From contig JAKPXU010000148.1 of the NCBI GenBank assembly GCA_029571905.1, positions 18,225 to 82,224 of the forward strand: a stretch of DNA of 64,000 bases, in the 5' to 3' direction. Position 1 is the stretch's first letter, and the number at the start of each line of letters is the position of its first letter. Source of the DNA: Acidobacteriota bacterium. GTDB taxonomy: Bacteria; Acidobacteriota; Aminicenantia; Aminicenantales; Saccharicenantaceae. This document shows, piece by piece, positions 61,886 to 64,000 of this stretch. The notes under the pieces are model-generated. The model was given only the letters and a program-made list of their open reading frames with translations. It ran no database searches and had not been told where the DNA came from. The position numbers were made by a program, and so were the translations under genes.

Positions 61886-63502
61886 ATGAAAGTTTTAAGG
61901 GAACTAACCAGGAGGCCAAAGGTGAAAATAAAATCAAGCTTGCGGAAGGCGACAATTTTCGTTCTGTTAATCTCAGGGCTGACGGCCGGGCTGGCTGCTC
62001 AGGAAAGTGGCCCGCAGGAAATATCCTTAGGACTGGAAGAGGCAATTTTAAGAGCCTTAAGGCAAAATCTGAATCTTGTAGCGGAAGTTTATTCGACAGA
62101 TCTGGCTGACCAATCAATTTCTAAAGCTAAAGAAATTTATTATCCACAACTCGATTTTAACTACGGGACTGATCGCACTGAACAACCATCAACCTGGTGG
62201 ATTCAGAGTGCTGGCATCTATACAGAGAAATCCCATACTTACCAGGCTTCTCTGTCGCAGAGTATTCCTCTGGGGGGAAAATTATCAGTGAGGCTTTTCA
62301 ATTATAATTCCAATACTAACCAGCGAGGCCAGCTGCTTAATCCTTATTATCAAACAATGTTGAGCTTTGATTTTGATCAACCACTTTTGAAAAACTTTGG
62401 GCCGAAAATGGCTAAAAAAGAAATAATCATTGCCCGCCAGAATTACTCTATTTCTGAAGCCCAGTTGAGAAGCCAGGTTATTGATACGATTTATCAGGTG
62501 GAAGAAGCCTACTGGAATCTAGTTCTGGCTCAAGAAAATCTTAAAGTCAGACAGCAGTCTCTGCAACTGGCCCGTGATGAATTGGCTAAAACTGCCAAAG
62601 AGATTGAAGTTGGACAGCAGGCAGCCATAGAGATTTTAAATGTTCAGGCCACGGTTTCTCAGCGGGAAGCAGACATTGTTCAGGCTGAGGCTGATGTCCG
62701 GATAGCGGAAAACAGGCTAAAAGTGATTTTAAACCTGGCCAGTGGCTCAGAACTCCAATCGACCAAACTAAACCTTAAGGACAAGCCGGAATTCAAGGCA
62801 GTTAAAATTAGCCTGGAAGAAGCCGGGCAAATCGCCCTGGCTAATCGGCCTGATTTGCAAATTAATAGTCTGACCAGTGACAGCAAACGGTTTAATCTGG
62901 AGGTGGCCAGAAATCAACTTCTGCCCCAGCTTGATTTGAATTTTTCCTACCGCAGTCCGGGGATATCAGGAGACTATCTGATTTATCAGGACGACAATCC
63001 TTTGTCGGGTATAGTGATCGGTAAGATCCCGGGCAGCAGCTGGAATTCTGTTAAAGATGCCATGAAGTTTCTTTATAATAACTGGTCACTGAATTTTACG
63101 CTGACCATCCCGGTGGCTGACTTGGTCAGCCGTTCTAATTATGCCGTGGCCAGGACGGAGCTGGCCCAATCGCTGGCTAAACAAAAAGCCTTAGAACAGC
63201 AAGCCTGGCTGGAAGTGACGGAAGCGGTCAATAACATTTCGACTTATGCTAAGAGTGTCGAAGCCTACCGGGTAGCCAGAGAGTTTGCCGAAAAGAATCT
63301 TGAAGCCGAAAATAGAAAATTAGCAGTTGGATTAAGCAGCAACTATTTTGTTCTTGAGGCTCAAGACAGGCTGGCCACTGCTCGCTCCAATGAGCTCAGA
63401 GCTCTGGTCAACTACAATCTGGCTCTGGCCAGGCTGGAGAAGGTTTTAGGCACGAGTCTGACCAACAGAAATATTAATCTGACGCAGGTTGGACAGAAAT
63501 AA
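61886..63502 (+). CDS. TolC-like outer membrane efflux protein (second OMF)
   Basis: Signal peptide and OEP two-repeat pattern (coiled-coil alpha-barrel segments). Confidence 0.72.
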   Translation: MKVLRELTRRPKVKIKSSLRKATIFVLLISGLTAGLAAQESGPQEISLGLEEAILRALRQNLNLVAEVYSTDLADQSISKAKEIYYPQLDFNYGTDRTEQPSTWWIQSAGIYTEKSHTYQASLSQSIPLGGKLSVRLFNYNSNTNQRGQLLNPYYQTMLSFDFDQPLLKNFGPKMAKKEIIIARQNYSISEAQLRSQVIDTIYQVEEAYWNLVLAQENLKVRQQSLQLARDELAKTAKEIEVGQQAAIEILNVQATVSQREADIVQAEADVRIAENRLKVILNLASGSELQSTKLNLKDKPEFKAVKISLEEAGQIALANRPDLQINSLTSDSKRFNLEVARNQLLPQLDLNFSYRSPGISGDYLIYQDDNPLSGIVIGKIPGSSWNSVKDAMKFLYNNWSLNFTLTIPVADLVSRSNYAVARTELAQSLAKQKALEQQAWLEVTEAVNNISTYAKSVEAYRVAREFAEKNLEAENRKLAVGLSSNYFVLEAQDRLATARSNELRALVNYNLALARLEKVLGTSLTNRNINLTQVGQK

Positions 63503-63579
63503 CTGCCCCGGCGGCTTGAATTGCTTCATTTTTTTGAGCTTTAACCGACGGGTAGAAAACTGAAGAAGAGGAGAAAAAA

Positions 63580-64000
63580 TTGGCAATCTTACTGGCGGCG
63601 GCTGACCCGCAGGAGGAACTTCAGTTAAAACACTTATTTTTTGTCGCTCAGGAACTAAAAAAAAGAAGTTACCCATTTTATTTTCTAACCAATCCAGGAA
63701 ATAAATTATCCTCACAGGCTAAATTAGCTGGCTATCCTGTCTTAAATTTTAAGACGGGGAGTTCAGGCGGCTGGCTGGCTAACTGGCAACTTGCCAGAAA
63801 AATGAAAAAACAGGGGACGTCTCTTATTCATTTTTTTGATGATGAGGCTCTGGTTGCTGGTCTAAAGGCCAGCCAGAAGGCCGAAGTGGCTATCAAGCTG
63901 GCGTCGGTTAAAACTGACTGGTTAAAAAGAATTGAGCCATCTAAGTTCAGAGAACTTGATTCTTTAATCTGTGCCAATGATGAGAACAAGCGTCAGTGGC
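63580..64000 (+). CDS. Partial CDS, possible GT4-like glycosyltransferase N-terminal domain (truncated at window end)
   Basis: Open frame to the window edge with a GT4-like N-terminal pattern. The start (possibly TTG) is uncertain. Confidence 0.3.
   Translation, partial: MAILLAAADPQEELQLKHLFFVAQELKKRSYPFYFLTNPGNKLSSQAKLAGYPVLNFKTGSSGGWLANWQLARKMKKQGTSLIHFFDDEALVAGLKASQKAEVAIKLASVKTDWLKRIEPSKFRELDSLICANDENKRQW

Overview
This 64 kb window looks like chromosomal DNA from an uncultivated diderm (Gram-negative-type) bacterium. The diderm call rests on a LolA-like carrier, two TolC-like outer membrane factors, a TonB-dependent receptor and a GWxTD-domain protein. Coding density is about 90%, with no CRISPR array, IS element or prophage hallmark. 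Most of the window is housekeeping: ligA, murB, murA, a eukaryotic-type citrate synthase, LemA-HtpX, der, a contiguous rplM-rpsI-rpsB-tsf-pyrH-frr block, xerD, lepA, tatA, mtnA, tsaD, tRNA-Asp(GTC), tRNA-Leu(CAG) and a tmRNA. Two regions stand out. The first (11.1-25.6 kb) is one tightly packed, translationally coupled operon. It encodes an FdhH-like molybdopterin protein whose catalytic Sec/His/Arg positions appear substituted, a HydB/HydG (AsrA/AsrB)-like FeS/flavin pair, a hydrogenase maturation protease and a minimal group-4 [NiFe] hydrogenase. The hydrogenase small-subunit gene overlaps an orphan CheY-like receiver, followed by a dCache sensor kinase and a REC-kinase hybrid. A paralogous orphan receiver sits upstream of the cluster. 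The second region (45-54.5 kb) encodes a secreted LamG-FN3-metallophosphatase and a bacterial eRF1-family protein with GGQ changed to GGF and a zinc ribbon in domain 3. That eRF1-like gene sits divergent to tRNA-Leu, which is followed within 12 nt by a B12-binding radical SAM gene, a GWxTD protein and a large TonB-dependent receptor. A TetR-TolC-MFP-RND efflux operon is also present. All calls come from reading the six-frame translations and motifs by eye; no searches were run.
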